The notes under the pieces: generated by a model
Seen by the model: the letters and a program-made list of their open reading frames with translations, nothing else
Databases searched by the model: none
Told to the model about the DNA's origin: nothing
Part shown: piece after piece, positions 16,383-25,616 of the stretch
Position numbering within the stretch: the first letter of the stretch is position 1
How the letters are laid out: every line of letters begins with the position of its first letter
Program-made: the position numbers and the translations under genes
NCBI GenBank assembly: GCA_046538155.1
Contig: JBKHJL010000007.1
Span: 1-35,887 of the forward strand
Direction: 5' to 3'
From: Candidatus Micrarchaeia archaeon
GTDB lineage: Archaea; Micrarchaeota; Micrarchaeia; Anstonellales; Bilamarchaeaceae
Length of the DNA: 35,887 nucleotides

Positions 16383-17129
16383 ATGGTGATGGTGGAAATC
16401 GCAAATGAGCTTGAAAAATCAGTGAGGGAATGCCTTGAGGACAGGGTGGGGATAGCCTTTTCCGGAGGACTTGACAGCGCAACCTTGGCTAAAATAGCAA
16501 AAGAAGAGGCAGAAGTGGAGCTCATCTGCGTTGGAGTTGAAGGAAGCGAGGACCTGGAAGTTGCAGAAAGAGTAGCCGGGAAGCTTGGGATGAAACTCCA
16601 CAAAAAAATCCTGGAAAAAGAAGAGCTTCTGGAATACTACCGGAAAGCGGAAGAAACAGTTAATGCGGATTTTTTAAAAGTCGAGATAATGGCGCCGATA
16701 TATGCTGCATGTGAAACTGCAAAGGAGCTGGGGCTGGAAGTGGTGCTTTTCGGCTCAGGGGCGGAAGAGCTTTTTGTGGGGTATGAGAGATACTATGCTT
16801 ACTGGAATGAGGGGAAGAACCTGGAAGAAATCCTCAGGGATGAATTTGAAACCCTGGGAAAGCGGGATGTCGGGATGATAAAAAAAATTGCAGGGAAAGT
16901 GGGAGTAGAGGCGAGATTTCCCTTTTACAGCAGGAATGTTGCAAAAGAGGTTTTTTCTGTGCCGGTTTCTGTGAGAATGGAGGAGAGAGAGCTGAAGAAG
17001 GGCCTGCTTAGGGAGGCTGCCCATTTTCTGGGAGTGCCTGAAGAAGCAGTAAAAAGGAAAAAGAGGGCGCTCCAGTATGGGAGCGGAGTTCACAAAATAC
17101 TACTGAAGGAAGTTGGTGGAGAATTCTAA
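16383..17129 (+). CDS. Stand-alone asparagine synthetase C-terminal (ATP pyrophosphatase) domain protein
   Basis: FSGGLDS PP-loop, GSGAEELFVGY, RFPF, K.LLREAA, KRALQYGSG; no Ntn glutaminase domain; start uncertain (16383 or 16389). Confidence 0.85.
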   Translation: MVMVEIANELEKSVRECLEDRVGIAFSGGLDSATLAKIAKEEAEVELICVGVEGSEDLEVAERVAGKLGMKLHKKILEKEELLEYYRKAEETVNADFLKVEIMAPIYAACETAKELGLEVVLFGSGAEELFVGYERYYAYWNEGKNLEEILRDEFETLGKRDVGMIKKIAGKVGVEARFPFYSRNVAKEVFSVPVSVRMEERELKKGLLREAAHFLGVPEEAVKRKKRALQYGSGVHKILLKEVGGEF

Positions 17130-17131
17130 GA

Positions 17132-19468
17132 TTATTTCTCTTCTGCAACTATCTCCCTGGCCTTCTTTTTCTTTGGGGTTTTCTTTGAGCCGGACTTGGC
17201 GTTGAGCTTGCGCTGCTCAAACTCTTCCTTCAGGTGCTCGTTTACTATCCTCTCCATCTCCTTCTGGGCCTTTCCAAACTCTACGTTGCCCTGGTCATCC
17301 TCTATTTCACCAAGCATCCGGTTTACAGAAGTATTTACCTTTACCACAAAATCAAGGCCCATTAGCAGAGGGTCATCATACTTCATGCTCAGCCGGTAAA
17401 TCATGTCATACATCTTTCCCTTGAGGAAGGCCTGAAGGATATATTGCTCTGGGGCGATGCCTGTTTCTCCGCACCTCCTTGCAAGAACAGGGGGGATAAA
17501 CTCCAGGTCAAGCTCCTTCTCCAGCTTGGCAAGATCAACCTTGCTGAAATCCTGCATCTCTGCCTCAGGGTTGCGAATGAACTTTGCCTCCAGTACACAC
17601 TCATCAATTGAGGGTCCCCGGCGGTACCTGAACACCTCCTCAAACTTCCGGTTCTCCGGGTCAGACTCGTACTCATATCCAAGAACGCGGTAAACGCGGC
17701 CTTTGCGCCCAAAGCGTACCTTCTTGAGGAAAGAATAGCGTTCGGTTGCAAACATGCTTGCCCCGGGAATGCCGAAAACCAGCTCAAGCCGGTCCTGCAC
17801 ATCCCGGAGGGACTCGGCGTGGAGATTGTACAGAAGGAAAACTCCGGGCTGGGTGTTGAGCAGGTTTATCACACCCTGCACCGCAACCCTGGAGCGGATT
17901 TCGTTAATTATCAGTGCTGCATCACCCATCCTCAGAAGGGCATTGGCCATGGCAACCAGGTCAAGCTCCCCGGTTGAAGAACCCGACTGCTCCCCTATGG
18001 AGGATTTCACCTTTGCAGCGCCAACATGGAAACCCCTCTTGCGGAAGGCGCGCACAGGAATTTCCTGGATATCCTGGATAGGGATTATGCGCTTCTTGGT
18101 TCCGATTGCAGCTATCTTTGCAGAAGTAAATGCGGTCTTTCCTACGCCTTTCAGGCCCAGGACTGCTTCGCTGGAGCCAAGAGTTACAAGCACATCATCA
18201 TATCCGCAGAAAAACGGGCTGAACGACTTGAAATAGAGATATTGGGGATAAGTGAAAGGCTCCTCCTGCATTATTCTCAGGGCACCCTGGAGCTCCTTGA
18301 AAGTTGCCGGGGGGCGCTGGAGGTGGCAGCGCATTGAGTGGCGCTTTACCACCACATCCGCGACCGGATGGAGGTCGTCAAACTTCTTTCCTTTTTCTGA
18401 GAGAACTATATTGCGGAAGGCACGGACGAGCAGGTCACGGTTGTAACGGAAGAGAGTGTGGCAAATTCCGAACTTTGCGTGCTCGATATACAGGGGGGAA
18501 TTTTCGCTGTCTATGTAAATATCGGTTACATTTTGCCGGTCAAGGGCGAGATTCTCTATTGGGCCTCCGAGGCCGACCACCCAAGAGGCGGCTTCCCTGC
18601 CCATGGCCATTGCCTGCCGGGTGGTTATCTTTATATCCTGTTTTATTGCCTCGTCCAGAAAATGCTGGCGGTACTCCCTTGTCTTCAGCTGGAAGAGAAT
18701 GTCAAATCGCTCGGCCTTGAAAGTTTCCTTCATCTGCTCATCAATTGTGCGCTTGAGCAGTTTTGAGAGATCCTTGGGGAGATTGTTTATCATTTCGTTT
18801 TCCTGCACATAAAGGTAAGCATCCGAGCCGGGGACCTCGTAAAGCTGCACTTTTATCCCAACGGGGAGCTCGTAGGAGGCATCCGGGGAATCAACCGGCT
18901 TTGCATCCGGAGGCATATCCAGGACAAGGGAGTGGACAAAATAGAGGGACTTCAGTCCGGTGAGAGAGAGGAAGGCGGAGCGGATGTCCCCCGCTTCCTT
19001 GGTCAGCTTATAAAGCGCAGTTTTTGTATAGCGCTTGAGTATTCCATTGAGCCAGGCTTTGAAAGTGGTGTGGCCCTTGAGGAAAATTGAGCGCTCCGGC
19101 CTTGGCTCTTTGTAATTCTTGAGTTTGTTCGCTGCAATCAGGGGGTTCATGAACATGTACTCGTAAAACTCCCTGATGAGCTCGCGACGGTCGGAATAAT
19201 GCTCATCCTGCTCCAGGCCATAAATGTCCTTGCGGAGGAGAAGGGCCTCAACCTGCCTTATGACTGAAGCATACTCTGTGAGTACTGCTGTCTTCTCCTC
19301 ATCCAGCTCCACCATTATCTCCTCTTCATAACGGATGGTTGTTATGGGGTTTTCTATTGTAGAAAGATCCTTTAGGTGGAAATTGAGGAACTCTGCTGAA
19401 GCGAATTCAAACGGGCACTTGGCCATGTCAAGAACCGCGCGGGTACCTTCAAGAACTACGTTGCACAT
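17132..19468 (-). CDS. Divergent type II/IV secretion (VirB11/FlaI/CpaF-like) ATPase
   Basis: VTDIYID, Walker A GLKGVGKT, IQDIQEI (Asp box), LLRMG..ALIINEIR (Walker B), NLHAES (His box). Confidence 0.8.
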   Translation of the reverse strand: MCNVVLEGTRAVLDMAKCPFEFASAEFLNFHLKDLSTIENPITTIRYEEEIMVELDEEKTAVLTEYASVIRQVEALLLRKDIYGLEQDEHYSDRRELIREFYEYMFMNPLIAANKLKNYKEPRPERSIFLKGHTTFKAWLNGILKRYTKTALYKLTKEAGDIRSAFLSLTGLKSLYFVHSLVLDMPPDAKPVDSPDASYELPVGIKVQLYEVPGSDAYLYVQENEMINNLPKDLSKLLKRTIDEQMKETFKAERFDILFQLKTREYRQHFLDEAIKQDIKITTRQAMAMGREAASWVVGLGGPIENLALDRQNVTDIYIDSENSPLYIEHAKFGICHTLFRYNRDLLVRAFRNIVLSEKGKKFDDLHPVADVVVKRHSMRCHLQRPPATFKELQGALRIMQEEPFTYPQYLYFKSFSPFFCGYDDVLVTLGSSEAVLGLKGVGKTAFTSAKIAAIGTKKRIIPIQDIQEIPVRAFRKRGFHVGAAKVKSSIGEQSGSSTGELDLVAMANALLRMGDAALIINEIRSRVAVQGVINLLNTQPGVFLLYNLHAESLRDVQDRLELVFGIPGASMFATERYSFLKKVRFGRKGRVYRVLGYEYESDPENRKFEEVFRYRRGPSIDECVLEAKFIRNPEAEMQDFSKVDLAKLEKELDLEFIPPVLARRCGETGIAPEQYILQAFLKGKMYDMIYRLSMKYDDPLLMGLDFVVKVNTSVNRMLGEIEDDQGNVEFGKAQKEMERIVNEHLKEEFEQRKLNAKSGSKKTPKKKKAREIVAEEK

Positions 19469-19522
19469 AAATTGGAGAATATAGGAGGAACTATAAAAGA
19501 TTATCTACTCAATCTATCTCAG

Positions 19523-20602
19523 ATGGGCGCAGAAGAAAGAATAAAAGAAATAACCGAAGAGCTTGCAAAAACAAAAAGGCACAAGGGGACAGAGCACCAC
19601 ATAGGGCTGCTGCTGGCAAGGAGGGCAAAACTCCAGAGAGAGGTAATGGAGAAATCATCCAAAAAAGGGGGGGGAGGAGGATATGACATAAAGAAACAGG
19701 GGGATGCTACAGTAGTGATTGTGGGATTCCCGAGCGCGGGAAAATCAACCCTCCTTTCCAGAATAACCGATGCAAAAAGCAAAGTGGGGGCTTATGAATT
19801 TACCACTCTGGAATGTATTCCGGGAATAATGAAATACAAGGGAGCACAGATGCAGGTCCTGGACATCCCGGGAATAATTGCAGGGGCGCAGGAGGGGAAG
19901 GGAAGGGGAAGGGAGGTGCTTTCCGTTGCAAGGAAGGCAGACCTTATTCTTGTTCTGCTTGATGCAACCAAGAGGGGACAGTATGTAGTGATAAAGAGGG
20001 AACTGGGGGAAGTGGGCATAAGAATGGGGGAAAGGCCTCCGGATGTTTCCATAAAGCGGGACGTTAAGGGGGGAATACACATAACAAGCGCAAGGAGGCT
20101 CACCAGAATAAGCAGGCAGGAGATACTTGCAATACTCAATGAGTATGGGGTGCACAATGCAACAGTGACCATAAGGGAGAACATTACGGGTGAGCAGCTC
20201 ATTGACGTGCTTGAAAAAAACAGAGTATATGTGGAAGAAGTTGTGGCAGTTAACAAGACAGACATTACCGGGGGAATTCCTGAAGAGTTCCCGGAAAAAT
20301 CGCTTGCAATCTCTGCTGAAGAAGGGGAGGGGCTTGAAGAACTCAGGGAAAAAATTTACAGCAAACTTGAATTCATACAGGTATTTACCAAAACAAGAAC
20401 CAGGGGGGTGGACAGGAAAGAGCCGATGATGCTGAAAAAAGGGGACAACGTTGGAGAATTCCTGAAAAAGCTTCCGAAAGACTACAGGGAAAACTTCAAG
20501 TATGGGCTGGTGTGGGGCAAAAGCGCAAAATTTCCCGGGCAGCGGGTAGGGGTGGAGCATAAGCTCAGGGACGGGGATATTGTTTACATTGTAAAAAAAT
20601 AG
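19523..20602 (+). CDS. DRG/RBG-family OBG GTPase with TGS domain
   Basis: KGTEHHIG, GFPSAGKST, YEFTTL, DIPG, NKTD, VWGKSAKFPGQRVG. Confidence 0.95.
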   Translation: MGAEERIKEITEELAKTKRHKGTEHHIGLLLARRAKLQREVMEKSSKKGGGGGYDIKKQGDATVVIVGFPSAGKSTLLSRITDAKSKVGAYEFTTLECIPGIMKYKGAQMQVLDIPGIIAGAQEGKGRGREVLSVARKADLILVLLDATKRGQYVVIKRELGEVGIRMGERPPDVSIKRDVKGGIHITSARRLTRISRQEILAILNEYGVHNATVTIRENITGEQLIDVLEKNRVYVEEVVAVNKTDITGGIPEEFPEKSLAISAEEGEGLEELREKIYSKLEFIQVFTKTRTRGVDRKEPMMLKKGDNVGEFLKKLPKDYRENFKYGLVWGKSAKFPGQRVGVEHKLRDGDIVYIVKK

Positions 20603-20610
20603 GTGTTGCT

Positions 20611-20892
20611 ATGGTTTCAAAAGAAGAGATAGAAGAAGTAATTGAATGGTGCGAAGAAGTGAAAAAAGAAAAGGGCATTATGTATACGGTTGAACGAAAC
20701 CCGTTTAGGGATAAAATAGACTGGATGACGAGGTTCCCGCTGATTGAGATTGACCGGCCCAAAGAAACTGCGAACAAGAGGAATCTGATATATGATTCAA
20801 GCGTCGGGAAGCTCTGGCAGTACATGAACGATACCTGGATGGAAATTGTGCCGGATGTGGACCTTAGAATCGGTCTCAGGGAAAAAGAATAA
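20611..20892 (+). CDS. Hypothetical protein (Trp-rich, 93 aa)
   Basis: AGGTG SD, typical codon use, co-oriented with the DRG gene. Confidence 0.7.
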   Translation: MVSKEEIEEVIEWCEEVKKEKGIMYTVERNPFRDKIDWMTRFPLIEIDRPKETANKRNLIYDSSVGKLWQYMNDTWMEIVPDVDLRIGLREKE

Positions 20893-20928
20893 AAATTAGG
20901 AAAGAGATAGGTATATGATGGTGTTGAT

Positions 20929-21222
20929 ATGGCAAGGAGTGCAAGCAGAACAAAGGGAATAAAAGAGCGGAAGAAAGGGAAGGAAGAAACGATGGGGGAC
21001 CCTACAGAAGTAATTGCGCGTATTTCTGAAATTGAGGAGCGTATTGCAAAGAGGATGAGGGGGGAAGGAACGCTCGGGAGGCTTGAAAGATTTCGGGATA
21101 AAGAGGGTCTCCGCCCGGAAGAGATCAAAAAGCTTGCAGACGCTGCAGAAATTGCCAACAGCCTCGCAGAATCCATGAAAAACGTCCGGGCACTTAATAA
21201 GTGGGGGGAAAAGGTGGCGTAA
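20929..21222 (+). CDS. Hypothetical helical protein
   Basis: GGTG SD upstream; stop abuts the next ATG. Confidence 0.6.
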   Translation: MARSASRTKGIKERKKGKEETMGDPTEVIARISEIEERIAKRMRGEGTLGRLERFRDKEGLRPEEIKKLADAAEIANSLAESMKNVRALNKWGEKVA

Positions 21223-21570
21223 ATGGGAGCATTTGAGAAAATAAACATGGAGCGGAAAAAAGACATGGTCCGTATATGGAAGGGTATGAAAATGGAGGAC
21301 AAGGATTATTTTGTGGACCAGGTAGCGCTTGCACTCAGCATATGGGGGACAGATGAGAAGGGAAAAATGCTTGTTGCGGAAGTCCTCAGCACACTAATGG
21401 AAGACGGCTCGGAAAATCTCTCTGATTTCGGGCTGTATATTGAAGAATACCTTGTGAATAACAAGAAGGAGTCAAGAAAAGGGAAAATGGAGAGGGCCAG
21501 CGGAATAATAAACAGGTACCGCCTTAAAAATGCACTTTCTTCAGTTCCCCACAAGGAAATAGAACTTTAG
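21223..21570 (+). CDS. Hypothetical protein
   Basis: TAA-ATG junction with AGGTGG SD; converges on pyrG. Confidence 0.7.
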   Translation: MGAFEKINMERKKDMVRIWKGMKMEDKDYFVDQVALALSIWGTDEKGKMLVAEVLSTLMEDGSENLSDFGLYIEEYLVNNKKESRKGKMERASGIINRYRLKNALSSVPHKEIEL

Positions 21571-23183
21571 GATTTTTTTCTTCTTTTTCCCTTTCTTCTT
21601 TCTGAAGCAGCCTTGAGCAGGCCCACAAAAAGGGGTGCGGGATCCTCAAGCCGGCTCTTCAGCTCGGGGTGGGCCTGGGTTCCTATCCCATAACCCTCCT
21701 TCCACTCAACCATCTCCACAATGCCCTTCTTGGGAGAGCGGCCGGAGATTATAAGGCCACATCCTTCAAGCCTGGGGGCAAGCTCCGGGTTTACTTCATA
21801 ACGGTGGCGGTGCCTCTCGTGGATTAGCTTCTTTTTGTAAAGAGACTGGGAACGGGTATTGGGCTCCAAAACGCAGGGATATGAACCCAGGCGCATTGTC
21901 CCCCCCTTTTCCTCTATGCGCATCTGCTCAGGGAGAAGGGCGATTACCGGGTATGGGGTGGACTTGTTTATCTCCTCTGAATTTGCATCCTTCATCCCGC
22001 AGAGGGACCGCGCATACTCAACCACCATCATCTGCATCCCCAGGCAGAGGCCCAGAAATGGGATATTGTTCTTGCGGGCATAGCGTATCGCAGAAATCTT
22101 TCCCTCTATTCCCCTTTTGCCAAAGCCCCCGGGGACAATTATTGCATCCAGCCCCTGAAGAACAGAAGTTCCTTTCTTCTCAACATCCGTGGATTCCACA
22201 AAGCAGACATCTGCGTGGACACTGTTGGCAGCAGCTGCATGGAGAATTGCCTCCTTCACGCTGACGTAAGCATCTTTTACTGCAGTATACTTGCCCACTA
22301 TGCCCACCTTGAGGAGCTTCTTTTGGGCTTTTGTTATCCTGCGGACCATGCGGTTCCATGTCCCCACATTCACCTTTGTCTTCCTGAGCTTGAAGCGCTT
22401 TGCGATTGCATCGTAAAGCTTCTGCTTCTTCAGCACCTGGGGAAGCTGATAAACAGTATCCACCACAGGGTCATCAAAAACATTTTCCTGGGGAACATCG
22501 CAAAACAGGGCTATCTTTTCCTTTGCCTCCCTTATGAGCGGCTCCTGCTCCCTGCAAAGGATTATCTCCGGCTTTATTCCAAGGGACTGGATGAGTCGGT
22601 TGGACTGCTGGGTGGGCTTTGTTTTCTGTTCCCCGGGACTGAGACTGGGTACATAAGTGAGCTGGATGAAAAGTACATCCTCCTCTCTTGAAAGCTGCCT
22701 CATTGCCTCTATGAAATATCCGTTTTCAATGTCCCCCACCGTTCCGCCTACCTCCACCAGGACTATATCTGCCCTGGATTGTTCTCCCACCGAACGGACC
22801 CGGTCCTTGAGCTCATTCGTAAGATGAGGAACCATCTGGACATCCCTGCCCAAATAGTCGCCCCTCCTCTCCTTTTCCAGAACAAACTTGAATATTTTGC
22901 CCCCTGTTATGGAAGATTCTTTTGTAAGTGAAGTATTGAGGAACCGTTCATATGTGCCGAAATCCATGTCCACCTCCCCCCCATCATCAAGAACAAAAAC
23001 CTCTCCATGGCGGAAGGGATTCATGGTTCCGCAATCAACATTCAGATAGCCGTCAAACTTTATCGGAACTACCCTGTATCCGTGGGTTTTCAGGAGGCGG
23101 CCAATAGAAGCAGTTACTATTCCTTTTCCCAGCCCAGACATTATTGTTCCCAAAACAACAATATATTTTCTTCCCGGAGACAT
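21567..23183 (-). CDS. pyrG: CTP synthase
   Basis: SGLGKGI, GTMNPFRHGEVFV, GGTVGDIE, KTKPTQ, GLCLGMQ, ERHRHRYE, HPE. Confidence 0.97.
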   Translation of the reverse strand: MSPGRKYIVVLGTIMSGLGKGIVTASIGRLLKTHGYRVVPIKFDGYLNVDCGTMNPFRHGEVFVLDDGGEVDMDFGTYERFLNTSLTKESSITGGKIFKFVLEKERRGDYLGRDVQMVPHLTNELKDRVRSVGEQSRADIVLVEVGGTVGDIENGYFIEAMRQLSREEDVLFIQLTYVPSLSPGEQKTKPTQQSNRLIQSLGIKPEIILCREQEPLIREAKEKIALFCDVPQENVFDDPVVDTVYQLPQVLKKQKLYDAIAKRFKLRKTKVNVGTWNRMVRRITKAQKKLLKVGIVGKYTAVKDAYVSVKEAILHAAAANSVHADVCFVESTDVEKKGTSVLQGLDAIIVPGGFGKRGIEGKISAIRYARKNNIPFLGLCLGMQMMVVEYARSLCGMKDANSEEINKSTPYPVIALLPEQMRIEEKGGTMRLGSYPCVLEPNTRSQSLYKKKLIHERHRHRYEVNPELAPRLEGCGLIISGRSPKKGIVEMVEWKEGYGIGTQAHPELKSRLEDPAPLFVGLLKAASERRKGKRRKKS

Positions 23184-23228
23184 GGGGACGTATAAGAAGT
23201 AGCAGATATAAAAATAGTTAAGTTTGCA

Positions 23229-24086
23229 TCAGTAAAATACGAGGAAAATCCAGTCCCCGGCCAGGATGGAAGCAAGAAGGCCCACCAAGAGGAATGGAAG
23301 GAATGGGGGGAGTTCTGCATAAATCCATACCTCCTTTACCCTGGCTTTTTTGAGGGCTGCAAGTTCCTTTTGCCCTATTACAGGGCCGATTTTGAGCTTC
23401 TTCATTAATTTCGACATCTTTTCCTTTGCGAGAACATCCTCGTCTCCTTTGAGTGTGGAAACTCTTACTTTTTGGGTGATTGCATCATTTATGGAATCCC
23501 TATATACCAGATAGGAAATGGCGGAGAGCATCAGAACGGATGCAATGAGAAAATACGCTGGGGAAAAAAATGGGGCTGTGAGAAATATGTAAGAGAAAAG
23601 GAGATACGGGATTATGAGGGAGAGGTAGATGAGGTTGGGCTTTGCCTTCTTTGATTTTATGAGCAGGTTGCCGAAGAAGAATATGGAGAATACTGCAAAG
23701 GCTACTCCGCTGTAGAGGAGGGTGGAGAAGATTAGTGGGTAATTGAATGGGGTGCTTAGGAAGCTTGGGTGGATTGGGAGGAGCAGGGAAATTGAGCAGA
23801 TTACGAAAAGGTCTGCGCCGCCTAGCTGGCCTGCGCGGTAAAGGATGAAACCAAATGCGAAAAGGATTGCGGTGAGGGTGGCTGCATAAAGAAGGATATC
23901 TGCATCAAAGAATACGAGGTTTGTGAGGAAGGCGATTGCAAGGAATGCATAAAGGAGGTTGTTGGGGATGTTGCGGTTGTTGAAAATATCGTAATAGGTT
24001 GCGGCTGCTGTGCCTAAGAGTGCGATTGCAATTCTTGCCAGTTCTCCTGGCATTACTAGAGTTGAAAAGAGGAGCTTTTCGAGCAT
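23229..24086 (-). CDS. Prepilin/prearchaellin peptidase, A24 family (FlaK/PibD-like)
   Basis: Multi-TM; first Asp in YYD...RNIPN, GxGD-type GGAD, C-terminal PPFLPF. Confidence 0.85.
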   Translation of the reverse strand: MLEKLLFSTLVMPGELARIAIALLGTAAATYYDIFNNRNIPNNLLYAFLAIAFLTNLVFFDADILLYAATLTAILFAFGFILYRAGQLGGADLFVICSISLLLPIHPSFLSTPFNYPLIFSTLLYSGVAFAVFSIFFFGNLLIKSKKAKPNLIYLSLIIPYLLFSYIFLTAPFFSPAYFLIASVLMLSAISYLVYRDSINDAITQKVRVSTLKGDEDVLAKEKMSKLMKKLKIGPVIGQKELAALKKARVKEVWIYAELPPFLPFLLVGLLASILAGDWIFLVFY

Positions 24087-24116
24087 AAATGAGCTTTTGC
24101 TTGGGAATTTAAAAGC

Positions 24117-25208
24117 CTAACCCAAAACAAAAGTAAGGAAATCGTCTTCTATTTTGATTACGTCCAGGCGGGCACAGGCGCAGGGCTTGCTCAGGAAGGA
24201 GGAGATGCTGGGTTCGGTGCGTTCGTTATCCCCGTGGATTAGTTCCTTTATGTAAGTGCCTGGATCGGCTTTTATGTCTGCGAGTATTTGGTTGTTTTCT
24301 AATTTTGAGGAAAGGATTTGGGCATGGCGGCGGCGTATCTTATCTGCGCGGCGGTGGGCGACCCTTTCCGGGGTTCTTTGGTTCAGGGTGAAGCTGAACG
24401 CGGCGAGTTTTTGGGCGTCTTCTTCTGTGAGGGGCTGCTCTGAGGAAATCCAGGCTCGGTAGGTTTTGGGGAAGTGGGAATCCGCGACTAGTGCCACTGA
24501 GCCTGGGGGAACGAGTTTGAGGTCGGTGAGCTCAAGCTTCTTTTGGGAATTTATTTGGGCTGAGAGTTTTTCCAGGTTTATGGAGATTGTGGAAGGATTC
24601 TTGATTTGGAGTATAAATGGGCGGCCTGCAAAATTCAGAACATCGATGTCTTCGCGGCCGGAAGCATGGAACTCATATCTGCCTCCGGTTTGGGTGAGGG
24701 CTGCATCCCCTATCAGCTCTTCTACGGATTCATCATACATCTTTCCTTTTCCGTTGCAGTGCCTGCATCCGGAACCGTTGCACTTGAGGCAGAGCCACTT
24801 GCTCTGGCAGATTCCCCTTACAAGTTTTTTGTAGCGCCCAAAAATGAAAAGCGGTTCATTGGAGGCTGTTACTTCAAGGGTTGAAAGGTTTATGGATATG
24901 CGGCCATCTGCATTCATTGGGGAATAGATTTTCCCGGTGGATTTTTCCAGGTGCTGGGAAAGCTTTGCATTTAACCAGTTCTTGAGGCATTCGCCTTCGG
25001 AATGGTCCCAGGCTTCCTCCTCTTTTGCAAGGATTTTCTTGGGAATTGAGGTGGAGAGGGCAAATGTTTTCCATTCGGGGGGCATTGCGGATTCTGCGTT
25101 CTTAATAAGTTGGTTTAGGCTATCAAGCTGGTTTTCGCAGATGTGGCAGTGACCCTGGGGGAAATCCTTCTGGAAGCGGGAGTTGCAGATGCTGCAAAGC
25201 GAAATCAT
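24117..25208 (-). CDS. pus10: tRNA pseudouridine(54/55) synthase Pus10
   Basis: GRYKKLVRGICQSKW, SGREDIDV (catalytic Asp), GRPF, QRTPERVAHRRAD, GTYIKELIHGD. Confidence 0.93.
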   Translation of the reverse strand: MISLCSICNSRFQKDFPQGHCHICENQLDSLNQLIKNAESAMPPEWKTFALSTSIPKKILAKEEEAWDHSEGECLKNWLNAKLSQHLEKSTGKIYSPMNADGRISINLSTLEVTASNEPLFIFGRYKKLVRGICQSKWLCLKCNGSGCRHCNGKGKMYDESVEELIGDAALTQTGGRYEFHASGREDIDVLNFAGRPFILQIKNPSTISINLEKLSAQINSQKKLELTDLKLVPPGSVALVADSHFPKTYRAWISSEQPLTEEDAQKLAAFSFTLNQRTPERVAHRRADKIRRRHAQILSSKLENNQILADIKADPGTYIKELIHGDNERTEPSISSFLSKPCACARLDVIKIEDDFLTFVLG

Positions 25209-25606
25209 TTCTTCAGCCTGAACTTGAACCCATAGTGGATTGGGCCCTCAGGGTCATTGGAAAGAATTTTCCTGAAGGTGCCTTCTACACGGTCTCCAAT
25301 TTTAAGGTCCTTGCGGGTTGCATCCACGATCTGGCCTGTGCAGCGGGTCCCCTCATCCAATTCAACTATCGCCATTACATACGGGACCTGGTTTTCAAAT
25401 CCTGCTGGGGCTGCGTGGATTTCAGTAAATGAGTAGATCTTGCCGTTGCCTGAGAATTCAAATGGCTCAATTTTCCCTTTTCTCCTGCATGTGGGGCAGA
25501 CCATCCTTGGCGGGAAATAATGCGCATCGCAGGTTGTGCAGTGCGAACCAAGCATCTTGTAGCGTTCCGGTATCCGCCTCCATGTAAGTGAAATCGATTC
25601 TTTCAT
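25205..25606 (-). CDS. DUF35 Zn-ribbon/OB-fold scaffold of the thiolase-HMGCS complex
   Basis: CTTC...FPPR..CPTC, OB fold, YGFKF; adjacent to thiolase. Confidence 0.92.
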   Translation of the reverse strand: MKESISLTWRRIPERYKMLGSHCTTCDAHYFPPRMVCPTCRRKGKIEPFEFSGNGKIYSFTEIHAAPAGFENQVPYVMAIVELDEGTRCTGQIVDATRKDLKIGDRVEGTFRKILSNDPEGPIHYGFKFRLKK

Positions 25607-25616
25607 TCATAACACC

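Noticed and set aside
16218..17129. Integrated element at the tRNA
   Set aside because: No integrase and no duplicated tRNA 3' end (att site) were seen in the window
19661..19681. A6G8 homopolymer in the DRG gene as a phase-variation site
   Set aside because: The frame is intact and encodes the family-typical KKGGGGG linker in a housekeeping gene
19745..21302. Long antisense ORFs (271 and 245 aa) and similar shadow ORFs across the window
   Set aside because: They lie opposite well-supported genes and are F/S/L/P-rich, as expected from purine-rich sense strands
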